Shown: positions 14,371-28,590, numbered from the stretch's first letter. The stretch is DNA of 64,000 bases from Eledone cirrhosa (GCA_964016885.1 OZ024741.1:321284001-321348000); one strand, 5' to 3'. Notes: a model not told the origin generated them from the letters alone. Numbers and translations: made by a program.

Positions 14371-14774
14371 CATACACTACTTTTTTTCAAATAAATATTG
14401 GGCACGTTGAATAACATAATCCTATACTTTTTAAAATAAAATACAATATATTTGTAGGAGAATGAGGAAGTATAATTGTTTGAAAAATATTCGTGTATCA
14501 TTGAAATTAGAATATGAAAAAGTTGAACTTTGGACGTGAAATTTTGTAATTAAATACCACATATCTTGTCCTCTGGCCGTTTACTGTTTCGGCCACTCTG
14601 GCATGTTCCTCTTGAAAATACTACAAGCTAATGAAAGAAGCATCCAAAAAAGCAGTCAAATCTACCGCAAACCTCCTTCGAAACGGAGGTCCGAGATAAC
14701 AAACATTTCTCATAGGAAAATTGATAGGCTATTGAAACCGGCCAAAGCCAGATCAATATGTAGTACGATATGCT

Positions 14775-15445
14775 TTGCGGTATTTATTCCGGAATGTTAC
14801 GTTCTGAGTTCGAATCCCGCTGTTGTCTACTAGAGTGGTAGATTTAATTCATCACCTAGCTTACTTAGGGTACTTTTAGCACAGCCCACTCTGTTGCACA
14901 CTTGAGGCAGGTCTCTAGTCTGAGATATCTCTCTCCCTCTCTTAGCCCTAATAATAGTCACTGGCACTATCCTTCTCACTCTGACTAAACAGTAAAAACA
15001 TGTATGCATGTGTCTATGTTTACATGTACTCAAACCTGCCAACCTCTAAAAACCCGAATAGGGAGTACCGTGAAAAAAAATGACCCAAAACGGGGAGATA
15101 TGAGGCAAAATGGGGAGATTTTACATAATGAAATATATACCGAAAGTAGGTGGGAGATCTCCCTGTCAGACAAGGAGAGTTGACAGGCCTGATGTACTTG
15201 TGTATATGATGGAGCCTTCACTGGCTTCGATAGTGAGCGTTATGTTATTGGATTAACTGAGGTACCTACTCGTAAAATTAACGTTTAAATGGCTGGGTAT
15301 TCCGCTGACACATGTATACTTAACGTAATCTCCAAGTAATATAAATGTAACACATTGTGACAAGCTTGGATCTTTCAATTACAGATATGATCTATCCATC
15401 AGGTTTCCACACAGTTTCGGTCAACCCAATTATTTTCTGAAAAGC
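14775..15445 (+). repeat. Composite segment (SINE pieces plus MITEs) duplicated in inverted orientation at 26290-26900
   Basis: Colinear reverse-complement match including insertion junctions. ORFs 15030-15221(-) and 26463-26666(+) are near-identical translations. Confidence 0.85.
15031..15192. mobile_element. Small MITE with CA(A/G)(A/G)CCTG(C/T)CAAC TIRs
   Basis: caaacctgccaac...gttgacaggcctg flanked by a duplicated atgtact. Confidence 0.65.
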
Positions 15446-16189
15446 TTGCCAAAAAAAGAGCAAAGTTGATTAAATCAACCCCAGTACTTGACTGGTACTT
15501 TTTTATCGATACCAGAAGGGTGAAAGAAAAAGTTGACATTTAATCCACCACTCTTATGGGATCAAACGTGGTGCCTCATGAGTGTGTAGCTAACTTCTTA
15601 ATCTTACAACACAATATATATGAATATATGACATATATATGAGTGTGCGTGATTGTGTTAGTGTGTGCGTGTGCATATTTATGCGTGTATACCTTTGCTT
15701 ATATGTATAAATCTGAATGTACCCCTCTTTCTCTCTCTGCATGAGTTATATACGCACACATACACATATATATATATATATATGTGTGAGTGTGTGTGTG
15801 TGTTTACGTATATACACACACACACATACATGTATATATGCCACAATAAATATTCCTACACAAGACAAGAAAGACATGCACTAGACAACATCCATCCACC
15901 AGAAAATTGTGAGATTACTCGACTTTGGCTAATACACTTCTATCTCCATTGTTTTGTACAAAGTCATTCCTCTCCAGAACCTCAGTCATCTGTAAATTTG
16001 TCCCTTCTCTTGTTTTACATGCAGCCGTCAAATTGCGGTTGTTTAAGAGAAATATTTCCCACGCCGACCTTACCGATACCTGAGGGCTTACAAAGGCTAG
16101 AGTCACGAACTTTCATCTAGATTACACCATTAAAATATACATGTTTGTGAACTGTATGAATTATTGAAGCTCTATAGATAATATTCATG

Positions 16190-16495
16190 AAGGTGTATGG
16201 CTTAGAGGTTAGGGTGTTCGAATCACGATCGTATGGTCGTGTCTTCAATTCCCGGCGACAGGACACTTTATTTTACGTTCCCCAGTTTACTCTGCTGGCA
16301 AAAATGTGTTGTACTTGTAATCTGAAGTGCCGGCCTTGTCACATTCTATGTCATGCTGAATCTCTTAGAGAACTACGTTAAAGGTACGCGTATCTGTGGA
16401 ATACTCAGCCACTTGCACATTAATTTCACGAGCAGGCTGCTCCGTTGATCGTATCATCTGGAACACTCGTCGTCGTAACAGGTGGAGTACCAGTT
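16190..16495 (+). mobile_element. tRNA-derived SINE
   Basis: A/B-box-like head (tggcttagaggttag...ttcaattcc), then gacacttta.ttt.acgtt..ccagt..actc.gctggcaaaaatg body shared with other copies. Confidence 0.7.
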
Positions 16496-16728
16496 TATAG
16501 ATAATACTTGATAAAATTATAAAATTGAGTAAATTATCTTTAGCGATTGAAAATTGTGGACTGGCACACCTACGGCTGGTTAACTCTTATTACAATTATT
16601 TTCTGGTTTGGGTTCCTCACGTTTCAAAGTTCATATATGTTTGTATCTATGTGTTTATTTAATCATGTGTTTAATCATGTGTTTAATCATGTGTTTAATC
16701 ATGTGTTTAATCATGTGTTTATTTAATC

Positions 16729-16948
16729 ACAGGCATTGCTTTATATCTGGAGATCTCTCTGCACTTGTCGTCACATGGTACCATGGGCCCAGCACTGTGT
16801 CAGTAATTGTCACAAGTGTAGTGTTTGTACCAGAGTTTTCAAGTCGCTGGCTGGACTAAAAAGTCACACTCGTTCAGCGCATCGGTAGGGGTTCTCCTAC
16901 ATGGATATAAAGTAGTGGCCGTACTCGAAAACGAGTTGGCAGCCACCA
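16729..16948 (+). mobile_element. Young dispersed repeat of about 220 bp with a structured right end (second copy at 34422-34643)
   Basis: Near-identical copies share the right end ...ggcagccacca. This copy is flanked by a duplicated tttaat(ca). Confidence 0.75.
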
Positions 16949-17009
16949 TTTAATCATGTATATTCACATGTATGTATATATATATGTGTGTGTGTGTGTG
17001 AGTGTGTGC

Positions 17010-17113
17010 GTGTGTTTGCTTTAATATGTATGCATGTATATATGTGGTCATAAATATGTGTGTGTGTGCATGCGATTACTTTAATATGTATGCATGTATA
17101 TATGTGGTCATAA

Positions 17114-17161
<48 letters not shown>

Positions 17162-17280
17162 ATGCGATTACTTTAATATGTATGCATGTATATATGTGGT
17201 CATAAGTATGTGTGAGTGTGTGCGTATGCGATTGCTTAATATGTGTGCATGTATATATGTGTTCATAAACATGTGTGTTT
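17010..17280. repeat. Minisatellite, unit core ctttaatatgtatgcatgtatatatgtggtcataa plus (TG)n
   Basis: Three to four visible units. Confidence 0.8.
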
Positions 17281-17385
17281 TTTCTAACGCTTATCAACAC
17301 CCGCCTCCCTTTCACACATATACACATATAGATACATACACACGCACACAGATTGAATAATTGACCACGTCATCGGTTTTATTAT

Positions 17386-17600
17386 GGATTGGCAGTATCG
17401 GTAGAGCGTCAGACATCATGCTTTGTAGCATATAGTTATGGCCCTTTACGTTCTGTGTTCAAATCCCGCCGAGGTTAGCTTTGCCTTTCATCGTTACGGG
17501 GTCGATAAAATAAAGCACCAGTAATGCACTAGGGTCGATTTAATCGACTTTCCCCTCCCCCCAAAATTGGTGGCCTTGTGCCTAAAGTAGAACCAATTAT
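17386..17600 (+). mobile_element. Meta-domain tRNA-derived SINE, near full length
   Basis: tggcagtatcggtag A box, gttcaaatcc B box, cccgccgaggttagctttgcctttcatc..ggggtcgataaaat..accag central domain, ggccttgtgcctaaagtagaa tail. Confidence 0.85.
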
Positions 17601-17758
17601 TGTTTAGCCGCAAGTCATGAACGGAATTTCGACTTTATTTATATAAAATAAAATAAATTACCCTCTAATCTATTTTTAGAGATTTGCCATAAGAAAATGT
17701 TTGTAACCGGTAAAATATATACGAACGTATGCCTTACAATCATCGTATTATGAAATGT

Positions 17759-17845
17759 ACGAGTGTCGGTTGAAAAGTTCATAAGCTGACCAAGATACTC
17801 TCATGGAATGACCAAATGAGATTTATTTTTCAACATAGTCCCTGG
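17759..17845 (+). mobile_element. Mariner terminal fragment
   Basis: TA|CGAGTGTCGGTTGAAAAGTTC...ttatttttcaacatagtccc is typical of mariner ends. Confidence 0.55.
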
Positions 17846-18319
17846 AAAGAAACAAGGCAGTTATTGATAAAAAGAGCTGAAATTAATGCTCTAGCATCAC
17901 TCCATCACAGTCATCCTATGAACGTTTTAGTCGACCCTTGTATAAAAGCCACAACTATGTAGTTAAGGAGTTCTCTTAGCAACCATTTGGTGCTGCGTTT
18001 AGTCCCTCGGTGTAGCGCCTTGAGCAAGTGTACCATAGCCTCGGGTTTTGAGTTGAATTTGGTAGACGGAATTTGGCAGAAGTCCATCATATACAAATGT
18101 GTGTGTGTGTGTGCGCGCGTGCGCGCGCGTGTGTGTGTGTGTGAGCGTCTACACCTGTATCTTTGTTTATGTCCTGCAACCTAGTAGTTTGATACAAAAC
18201 GGCATTGATAAAATAAGTACCTGGCGTAATAAATAAAATAAACGGTGGGGTCGATATGATCGATTAAATGAAGACGGTGCTCCAGTATGGCCGCAATCTG
18301 ATCACCGATAGCATTAAAA

Positions 18320-18505
18320 AATTGTTTCTATTTTAAGCACAAGGCCAACAATTATCCAGTACATTACTGGTACTTTATTATCGACCCCGTAAGGATGAAA
18401 GGCAAAGTCAAACTCGGCAGGATTTGAACTCAGATCGTAAAGGCACATAACTATGCTGGAAAGCATGGCGTCGACCCTCTACCGATACTGCCAATTCACC
18501 GCCCT
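18320..18505 (-). mobile_element. Meta-domain SINE
   Basis: Reverse complement of the 17386 family. Confidence 0.85.
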
Positions 18506-18689
18506 TAAGTAAATTAATAAAACGATATAATAATATACAAACGTATAATCTATGTATAGAATTTCCTTTTCTGTACAACCTTGCCACCGGGAAGGCGACC
18601 AGTCAAAATTATACTCAAGATCAGGCGAAAAAAGAAACCACCCATTCACACCCATACTCCCATACACAGAGAGACAGAGAGACAAACAG

Positions 18690-18775
<86 letters not shown>

Positions 18776-18841
18776 ATGTATGTGTATATATATATATATA
18801 TATATTCATATCTATATTTATATATATAAATATAGATATGA

Positions 18842-18906
<65 letters not shown>

Positions 18907-19048
18907 TATTTCTATTTATTTCTATATGTATGTATATATATATATATTCATATTTATATTTTTATATATATATATATATGTATGTATATACATGGGGAGG
19001 GTCATGTAATAATATTTCCAGAATTAATAACAGAATACACTCACTGTT

Positions 19049-19102
<54 letters not shown>

Positions 19103-19777
19103 TATTTATATTTATATATATAAATATGACACCTAACAATTTTCTACTCACCACACACACGTACCTTCCTATACTGGCGAGCCAATAAATCATCAGTGAC
19201 TGGCGTGGTAATGTCATAACCGGCGCGCGTGCGCGCGTTTGTGTGTGTGCGTGTATGTGTGTGTGTGCGTGTATGTGTGTGTGTGCGTGTATGTGTGTGT
19301 GTGCGTGTATGTGTGTGTGTGCGTGTATGTGTGTGTGCGCGTTTGTGTATTGCTTGAATGATTAAAAGATGGCGTAAAGATGGCCAAGTGGTTACTTAGT
19401 ACGCTTTGCAATAATGAGGACTCAAGTTCGATGCAATGTAGCGGAATATAGAGTAAGTATTTTGTTTGTTTGTTTTTGTTACTATAACTTCAATTTGATC
19501 CGAGCTTTGTGAATGAAATTTGTTGGCAGAAACTCTCTCGAAGCCCGTTGGATTAAATTTACCTATAACTCAGTGGGCAATCAACGTGACACGTCATGCA
19601 GTTTTGCCTCTGCATATAGATCACGTTTAAGGTACACGTGTCTGTGAATTGCTCTCAAATTACAGATTCTTTGGATAATATAACTCAAGATATACTGTGT
19701 CTAAAGTAAAGGACGAGATGGTCACAGCTAGAACATATTTGATTATGAGTCTATTTGATTAGTGATGACAAATTTAT

Positions 19778-19962
19778 AATTGTTTCTTCTTTTGGCACAA
19801 AGCTAGCAATTATTCCAGTGTATTACTGGTACTTTATTTTATCGACCCCGTAAGGATGAAAGGCAAAGTTAACCTCGGCGGGATTTGAACTCAGACCATA
19901 AAGGGCCGTAACTCTTTGCTGCAAAGCATGGCGTCCAACCCTCTACCGATACTGCCAATCCA
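19778..19962 (-). mobile_element. Meta-domain SINE
   Basis: Reverse complement of the 17386/22213 family. Confidence 0.85.
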
Positions 19963-20225
19963 CAATGGACAATGGTCGTATATGTATGTGGCAGATCGGG
20001 CGAAAGCTTCAAAAACATCATATTTGTCCGTTCACTTGTCGTTTTAGTTTGGATTGCCACGTGAACGTAACCTTATTATGTAATGAAGTTGTTTGATGGG
20101 ATCATGGCACTGGTTGCGTGAAATCGCGTGCCATTGCCGTCATTGAAACATATATCAATTAAGGACTTTAACATCTGCAACTACTTCGCATTTTCGTATT
20201 CTATATATATATTTGCGTGTGAGTG

Positions 20226-20383
<158 letters not shown>

Positions 20384-20519
20384 GATGCCTCTTGGATCAC
20401 TGGCCTAAGAAAATGATGATATATGTATATCTTCTTTTTCTTCTTATTTTTACTCGTGCTCGATGAGATTGAGGTCATTCGGAAGAGGAAGGATTGGTCA
20501 ATGTGTTTCGCTATATATA

Positions 20520-20554
20520 TCTATACATATATATAAAACTGTAGTTGTCTGTCT

Positions 20555-20646
<92 letters not shown>

Positions 20647-21761
20647 GTCCTCATTTTTGCAAAGTCTATACAAACCCACATTTCTACTCCGATTGACTTC
20701 AAACTTGCATTTATATATTCCTTGCGGTCTAAAGATATTAACTGCCGCTTTTATGTTTCAATTTTCTGTTGTTAAAGGGGTGTTAGGCGCCGGTTATCGA
20801 TCGTCGTGCCCTTATATCATAATGTCTGCATTGCGACATTATGACAAACATTGATGACGTATTATGTTCGCTATTTTCTGTTCATTGCCAGGAAACGTAT
20901 TCATGAACCAAAGTATCGACTTCCTGTTTTCCTTCGGTTGCAACGTTTTTCGAAATATTTACTTCTGCGTTCACAGATTGATTTTTTTAGTTTCAGAAGA
21001 TCCCGTTAAGGGTGAAAGCAGCAATTCTTTGCTTAAACTTTAATCTGTTATTTTAATATATAATATAAGCGAGGCAAGCCAGCCCAGTTGCCATTTCTTG
21101 TCAATAAACATTAACCCTTTGTGCGCCATTCATCTAACTGTAGACCAACAAATACCAACTAAACGGAGCGTTGACAAGAACGATGGCGAATGAATCTTCG
21201 AGGTAAGCAGTTTCCTCCCGAGCTGTTAGTTCACGCGGGATTCTCTGCTACACCTTTTCGTAATAATACCGAACAACGTACGACTGATCACTCCTTCCTC
21301 CAAAAGCCGCACAAAGAGGACATGTGCATCGGGCAGATGTATCGGGTGCAAATCTACACCAGGCCTACGCGAGAAATTCGCAAGGGACTGCACCGAGAGG
21401 GATAGAGAGAAAGAGTAACTTAGTGACAAGAGTGCGAATGAACTTTTGAGGTAAGTAGCCTACGCCTTACTGCTATGACACTGGAACCTTCTGCCAACTT
21501 AACCTGTGACTTTCTCTTTCACATTTACTCTAATAGGCCAAAACAGAGGAGTATGAAAAGAAGGGGGTCAACAGTATTTCTATGAACAATGCATGTAGAC
21601 AGCTAAATTGTACTTTCAACTTCTTATTTTTTTCCAAATAAAACAAGTTTCCTGTTGGTATATTTTCGTGAGTTTTTAACAGGTACTCACAAATAAACGT
21701 TTCTCATTGGAGGTGCTATTACCAATGTTCTTACCCGTGCAACGCCGGGATACACTACTAG
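20520..21761 (+). mobile_element. Non-autonomous Helitron
   Basis: A|TCTATAC..ATAAAACTG 5' end with internal (GT)n. 3' hairpin cccgtgcaacgccggg then CTAG|T. Shares internal sequence with 50700-51430. Confidence 0.85.
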
Positions 21762-21771
21762 TATATATATA

Positions 21772-22046
<275 letters not shown>

Positions 22047-22212
22047 ATATATATATATATATATATATTCTATCTCACCAGCCTGGGAGGAGCGTTATTC
22101 CTACTCTCACAAAACCTACAGTCTTTCTTCCAATTTTTTTTTATCTCTCCTTCTTCTCTAACTTTCTCTCTTTCTCATTCTCTCTCTCTCTTTCACGCTC
22201 TCTACCTCTTCG

Positions 22213-22399
22213 GTGGATTGGCAGTATTGGTAGAGTGTCGAATGCCATGCTTTGGCGCATAGAGTTACGGCCCTTGCCATTCTAAGTTCAAATCCCGCCG
22301 AGGTTAACTTTGCCTTTCATCCTTACGGGGTCGATAAAATATAGTACCAGTAATACACTGGGTAATTGCTGGCCTTGTGCCTAACGTAGAAACAATTAT
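22213..22399 (+). mobile_element. Meta-domain SINE
   Basis: Same head, central domain and tail as 17386-17600. Confidence 0.85.
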
Positions 22400-22451
22400 A
22401 TATATATATGTGTGTGTGTGTGTGAATGTGTGTATGTATGTGTGTATATGC

Positions 22452-22532
<81 letters not shown>

Positions 22533-22542
22533 AAGGAGTAGG

Positions 22543-22638
22543 ACCCCGACGGCTGAGCTCAAGCCGTTTCGACGGCTAATTCTGGACTAAATGAAAATTT
22601 TTATCCTGGTATTTGAATAGCCGAGCTTCTCAAGGGGT
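22543..22638 (-). ncRNA. Type-I hammerhead ribozyme, U3-A8 variant with extended stems II and III
   Basis: acccc-TTGAGAA-gctcggcta...(about 40 nt)...tagccgtc-GAAACGGC-ttgagctca-GCCGTC|ggggt. Predicted cleavage between 22548 and 22547. Confidence 0.8.
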
Positions 22639-23727
22639 AATTCCATATATGGTAAAAATGATTGTCACAAGGATTGGTCAAAAGTTTGTTGTTGAGACAT
22701 AATAATTCTATGATGGCAATTTGTGGAGGGAAGGGGTAGCTGAACCTGCCAGTAGGAGAAAGAGGGAGAGGGGTGGAGGAGACCCATTCATGCGTTGATA
22801 GTGCGGACTACAGCTGGGCATGAGGTCAAAGAAGATACTAGGGGAGGGGAGGGGGAGGAAGTCTAAACAATAGGTAGAACAATATGGGGTAAATATATAG
22901 AAAAATACCGAGAGTGTTAAAAAGCAATTAAATGTAAAAAAAATAAACAATTTCTGGTTACTACGACCTAAGTCTCTCACTGGTATTGCTAGGCTAAAGA
23001 AAGGTATACTAGGTGGGACGGAATTATAATGAGACCCTTTTAAGGGGTATAAGTAATAAACCGAGTATATCTTACGGTGACGGGTCAACAAGTGAGGGGC
23101 CAAAATACTAAAGAAACTACCACGAAATAATAAATAAAGGTTTCTACCCCAGGCACAAGGCCAGCAACCACCCAGTGCAAAAAAGTAAACTAATACGAAA
23201 TAATAATTCAGAGTCCCGAAAAAGAATACTAATACTATCTCTAAGGGTGCCGCCACGATACAAAAGTTCTAGTGCAAGCTACATAAAAGCTCGTACGAAG
23301 TATATGTAAAATTTGATACGGAAAATTAATTCAGAATTCCCCTCCCAAAAAAATACTGATATACGAGAAATTAAAGCAAAGATACCACTAAGAAATATAG
23401 AAAGCACGGAAAAGGGGCAGCGGTCGGATAAGAGGGCAAGTATCCGGGGTCTAACACATCTGCTATAAAAAGCGGAGTCGGCCAAATCTATCATAGAATA
23501 GGGGAAGGGGTGGGGGTACTGAGGCTACAAAGGACCGAGGGGCTGCCTCGGGTGGGCGAGAAAAAGACGACGACAAAGAAAGAGAACTGGGGTGGAAGGA
23601 CTAGGGAGGGATGGGGGGAAGAAGGAAATATAGAGGAAGCGATAAAAAGATATAAAAGAAGATCTTACGTCTACCTTTGAAAGCAGGGGTTACCCATTAC
23701 AAAATCGGCAAGTCGGGTGTTATAGCC

Positions 23728-25354
23728 CTAGTCTACCCTACCCCCCCCCCGGTCATTATGGGGTTTGAGGGCGAGGTAAGTCCTACGCAATCTGTGTTTA
23801 CATGCAGTAACCAGTTCATCTTTCTTGTTTAGGAGTTGGTCCGTCGAAAACAACAATTTGTAAAGTTTCCTCCGAGCATAAATTGCACGGACGGCGTCCT
23901 CCCGTGTAAGAGTTGGCTCTGGACAGTAAGCTCCAAGTGAGATCATAGGTAATGTTGTTATCCTTGAGGTCCCATATGTGGCCCGAAAGTGTAGTGGGGT
24001 GACGCCGAGTCGGGTTTCGGAAGGTATGTCTGTGTTGGTATAGCCGGGTCTTGAAGTCACATGCGGTTAATCCTATATAAGCTTTGTTGGAGGTGTCCGT
24101 CCTCATGTTGCACTGGTAGATCACATTACGATCTCTGCATCTGTTGTCGAGGGGGAAAATGGATCCATCAGGACAGTTGCACCTCCTGGTCGGCTCTCCA
24201 CTGCTATTTAGGTTATTTATTCCATAGGGGCTGAGTTTTTTTGTTGTTAGAGGAGACGATGTTTTGTGCAAAGTTAGGTGTAGTGCTGTAAGAGAGTTTG
24301 ATGGTATTTTTGTTAATTATGTTGTGGTAGCGGTGTTGTAGTGGGAAGTGTTTTTCAATGAGCCTAAAGAAGATTTTCCCGATAGGAGTTGTCACCTCGG
24401 CGTTGTGGGGAGGATTGAACCATGTTACATTGCGTGAGTGGCGGTGTCGCCTGCTGGTTCCGCTAATGGGAGCTGGACAGTAGGATATTTCCTCCCGGAA
24501 ACCACTCCGCTTGAGGGCCTGGTTGTAATAAGGCGCATGTTCATCGAATATCTGCTCATTAGCTGACAAACGGGATATGCGGAGGGAGATGTTTTAACCA
24601 GGTTATTGGTGATGTTCCTAGGATGGTTTGACCGGCGGTGGATGTAGTGCAGGTTGTCGTTAGGTTTCCTGTATGGGTAGTACAGATCATTATCGAGGTC
24701 AAGGGTAACGTCCAGGAAGTTTACTCGGGTCAGGGACGTTTGTAGGGTTATGGGCACAAGTGCTTCGGCGAAGTCCATGGCAGCCGTAAGTAGCGGTAAG
24801 GTAATTGAAGCATAGTAACTCTCTATGTCAAACTGGATGAATTTAGTGTCTCGTTTTTCCTCCATATTGCTGAACCATGAGATCACTTCCTGGGTGTTGA
24901 CCCATAGGCTAAGTCGGGCGTGTTGCTTAACTTTTGGTATCACGCGGTCTAGGATTTTTTTGCTGATTCTCCCTATGTCGGACTTCGTTGGGTTTATAAG
25001 CCTGATAGAAGGTTTACGGTCGAAATCGGATTTGTGGTCCTTCAGTTTGAAGTAGGGTGTCCGTGGGTCTAGGGGTTCCGTGCGGTCGGCGACCCCGAGG
25101 CTGGAGGTAATTTGTTGTCCATCTCGATTTATGTCCTCGATGCATGAGTGGTTAGCCTTTTTATAGGTGGAGTTTAGGCTGCTCCTGATCAATGTGTGGT
25201 ATCTGTCGGGGTTGACAAAGTAGAGGTTACCAGTTTTATCCGAGTGCACCATGATGTCATTGGTGTTATCATACTCTGTTAAGTTGCTACGGAGTTTTTG
25301 TAGGAATCGGTTGTGTCTGGGTTTGAATTTAATGTTCTTGACCAGTTGTGACAA
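23728..25354 (-). pseudogene. PLE reverse transcriptase plus GIY-YIG endonuclease, frameshifted, RT core deleted
   Basis: SDKTGN, LKDHK..F..KPSIRLINP, QFDIESYYASI, VNFLDVT, YRKPND, WFNPP, CNC...C...VIYQC...YIGLT..FKTR..QH, CNLCSEE and LLNKKDELVTACKH, spread over four overlapping ORFs. Confidence 0.92.
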
Positions 25355-25559
25355 TCACTTTTACCATATATGGAATTACCCCTTGCTCGGCTATTCAAAT
25401 ACCAGGATAAAAATGTTCTTTTAGTCCAGAATTAGCCGTCGAAACGGCTTGAGCTCAGCCGTCGGGGTCCTACTCGTTCCTATTACCCACTCTACTACCC
25501 TAAGTATTGAGTACTTTGGTGCGTTATTGTCCACCTGGTTCCTTACCACATTTCCTCCG

Positions 25560-25695
<136 letters not shown>

Positions 25696-26289
25696 TCTTA
25701 CTATATATATAGAGAGAGAGATGTCTCTTACTATGCTACTGAGCCAATGGGGAAACCTCTACCTGATCACTAGCCTGCTAGAAATGGCAGTCAAAACTTA
25801 CACAAATCACATAAGGCAGTTATTAAAATGGCCGGGCTAGAATGTCTCTTCATCATGGATCTACCAAATCAGCACTGACCTGTAGTTAAACAACAATGAC
25901 AATAACAAATCTTGCATGCACCCTCCCCTCATATATAGATGGAGAAATCACCATTAACTAATGAAAGAACCTTTGACTGAACGTTCGAACTGATAGACAT
26001 AACAGCCAAATCTCCCTAAAATCAACCTCTTTTCCTTATCTGATTAAATTCCATAGTCCTAATTGTTTTGGCTCTTTCAAATCCCGCTGAGGTCAACTTT
26101 ATCTTTCACCGTTCCGGTGTCGATAAAAAAAATTACCAGTCAAGTACTGGGATTGATTTAATCAACATTGCTCTTTCCCAAAGATTTACTGACCTTGTAC
26201 CTAAATTAGATACCAATCATGAGATCCGGCGTTTGGTCCCATTGCGTGGTATCTTGAACAAAATCACGAGTCGGCACTAGCTTTGTCAG

Positions 26290-26900
26290 AAAAGATTGGG
26301 TTGACCGAAACTATGTGGAAAGCTTTTGGATAGATCATATCTGTAATTGAAAGATCCTAACTTGTCACAATGTGTTACATTGATACTACTTGGAGATTAC
26401 GTTAAGAGTACATGTGTCAGCGGAATATCCAGCCATTCTAATGTTAATTTCACGAGCAGGTAATGGAACAACATAACGCTCTCTATCTTATGAAGGCTCC
26501 ATCATATACACAAGTACATCAAGCCTGTCAACTCTCTTTGTCCGACGGGGAGATCTCCCACCCACTTTGGGTATATATTTCAATATGTAAAATCTCCCCA
26601 TTTTACCTCATTTCTACACGTTTTGGGAAACTTTTTTTTCATGGTACTCCCTGTTTGGATTTTTAGAGGTTGACTGGTCTGAGTACAGGCAAACATAGAC
26701 ACATGCATAAATGTGCCCGTGATTATTATTAGGGCTGAGAGAGGGAGGGAGATATCCCCAGACTGGAGACTTGGTTCAAATGTGTAACAGAGTGGGCTGC
26801 GCTAAAGGTACCCTAAGCTGGGCTATGAATTAAATCTAGCACTCTGGTAGATAACGGTGGAATTCGAACTCAGAACGTAAAATTCCTAAACAGATACCGC
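26290..26900 (-). repeat. Inverted copy of composite segment 14775-15445
   Basis: Colinear reverse-complement similarity. Confidence 0.85.
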
Positions 26901-27544
26901 TTACATACATACATGCTCTCATACATATATACATACATACTTACATATATGCATATATACATACATGCTCTCATACATATATACATACATACTTACATAT
27001 ATGCATATATACATACATACATATATACATACATACTTGCATATATACATATAACTCAAAACATAGAGGGCCTCACATGCAATGACATCAAAACCAACAC
27101 CACCACCCCCCACCTCCCCTCACCCCACCCCCACCCACCACACACAGACACACATACATACACATACACACACAACACACACACACACATAAACACATAT
27201 AATCAGATATACATAATTGCCTAAATTTCAATAAAAGAATCTTGTTTTTGTTAGAATATCCTGCTCTATATCTCTTGTTGAGAATAATAGCAGAACATAC
27301 ACACATGCATACATACAACCACAAATACATATAAACAAATACACAATGAAAGAAGAAAAAAACATATATGTACGTCGAAATATTACATAATATCTCCATA
27401 AATTGTAATTAATCCTGACTGCTGTAAATATCTGTGTGAAAAAGTTACGCGTTCCAACATGCACACGCACACACATACACACTTACAGTCACCCATAAAT
27501 ATATGTTTATATATGTATAGAATCCTTTTATATATATGTATAGA

Positions 27545-27865
27545 CCCCTTTCAGTCACTAATGACCTTGGAATTTGCACCTAGAAAGTTTCCATCCAAAG
27601 CTCAAGCCTTGGCACGGTTTATTTGTGGAAGACGACCAGTCGCCCATGCTATACCAGTCGCCCCTTTCCACGCCACCGATGTTGTCCAAGGGAAAAGCAA
27701 TGGCCGATACAGCTTGGCACCAGTGACATCGCAACACATTTCTACAGCTGCGTGAACTAGAACGACTTGAAATAAAATGTCTTGCTCAAGGACACGAAGC
27801 ATCACCTTATACGAGAATCGAACTCACAAACCTCCCAATTGTAAGCCTAACATTCTAACCACTAC
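27545..27865 (-). mobile_element. tRNA-derived SINE
   Basis: The - strand reads gtagtggttag...gagttcgattc...gtgtccttgagcaagaca. Confidence 0.7.
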
Positions 27866-27880
27866 GACATACATACATAC

Positions 27881-27989
<109 letters not shown>

Positions 27990-27990
27990 G

Positions 27991-28024
<34 letters not shown>

Positions 28025-28026
28025 TT

Positions 28027-28238
28027 GCGAGGTTTTTGATATGAAATCGTGTGTCGAAACAAATATTGTTATACTTGGGGAGGGTCATATTGTTGTAATA
28101 ATATTGGCCAGAAATAATAACAGAACACACTCACTGTTTGGTTGGTTTTCGCTTCTGTATCTTTTATATCTCCACAGTTAATTCATTCGGTCCTCAATGT
28201 TTATCATTGACTGACCAACGGTAAAAAATACAGATATA

Positions 28239-28276
<38 letters not shown>

Positions 28277-28528
28277 GTAGACATACAATACAACACTAGG
28301 AACATAATAGTACCACTGATGATGTTGCAGATGTGCAACGAAAGAACTTTGTTAGACTATATATATGTGTATATATCTGTATTTTTTACCGTTGGTTAGT
28401 CAATGATAAACATTGAGGACCAAATGAATTAACTGTGGAGATATAAACGATACAGAAGCGAAACAGTGAGTGTGTTCTGTTATTATTTCTGGCAATATTA
28501 TTATAATAATATGGCCCTCCCCAAGTAT

Positions 28529-28535
<7 letters not shown>
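28027..28535. mobile_element. PLE fold-back footprint (family E) with about 180-bp arms and a central degenerate hammerhead
   Basis: 28063-28245 is the reverse complement of 28360-28535. CTGATGA-t-GTTGCA gatg TGCAAC-GAAA at 28316-28343. The terminus matches the PLE end at about 41815 and a fragment at about 18990. Confidence 0.8.

Positions 28536-28586
<51 letters not shown>

Positions 28587-28590
<4 letters not shown>

Noticed and set aside
22708-23494. Hydrophobic ORFs of 182 and 71 aa
   Set aside because: They lie in the T-rich 3' UTR of the PLE and are a compositional artefact.
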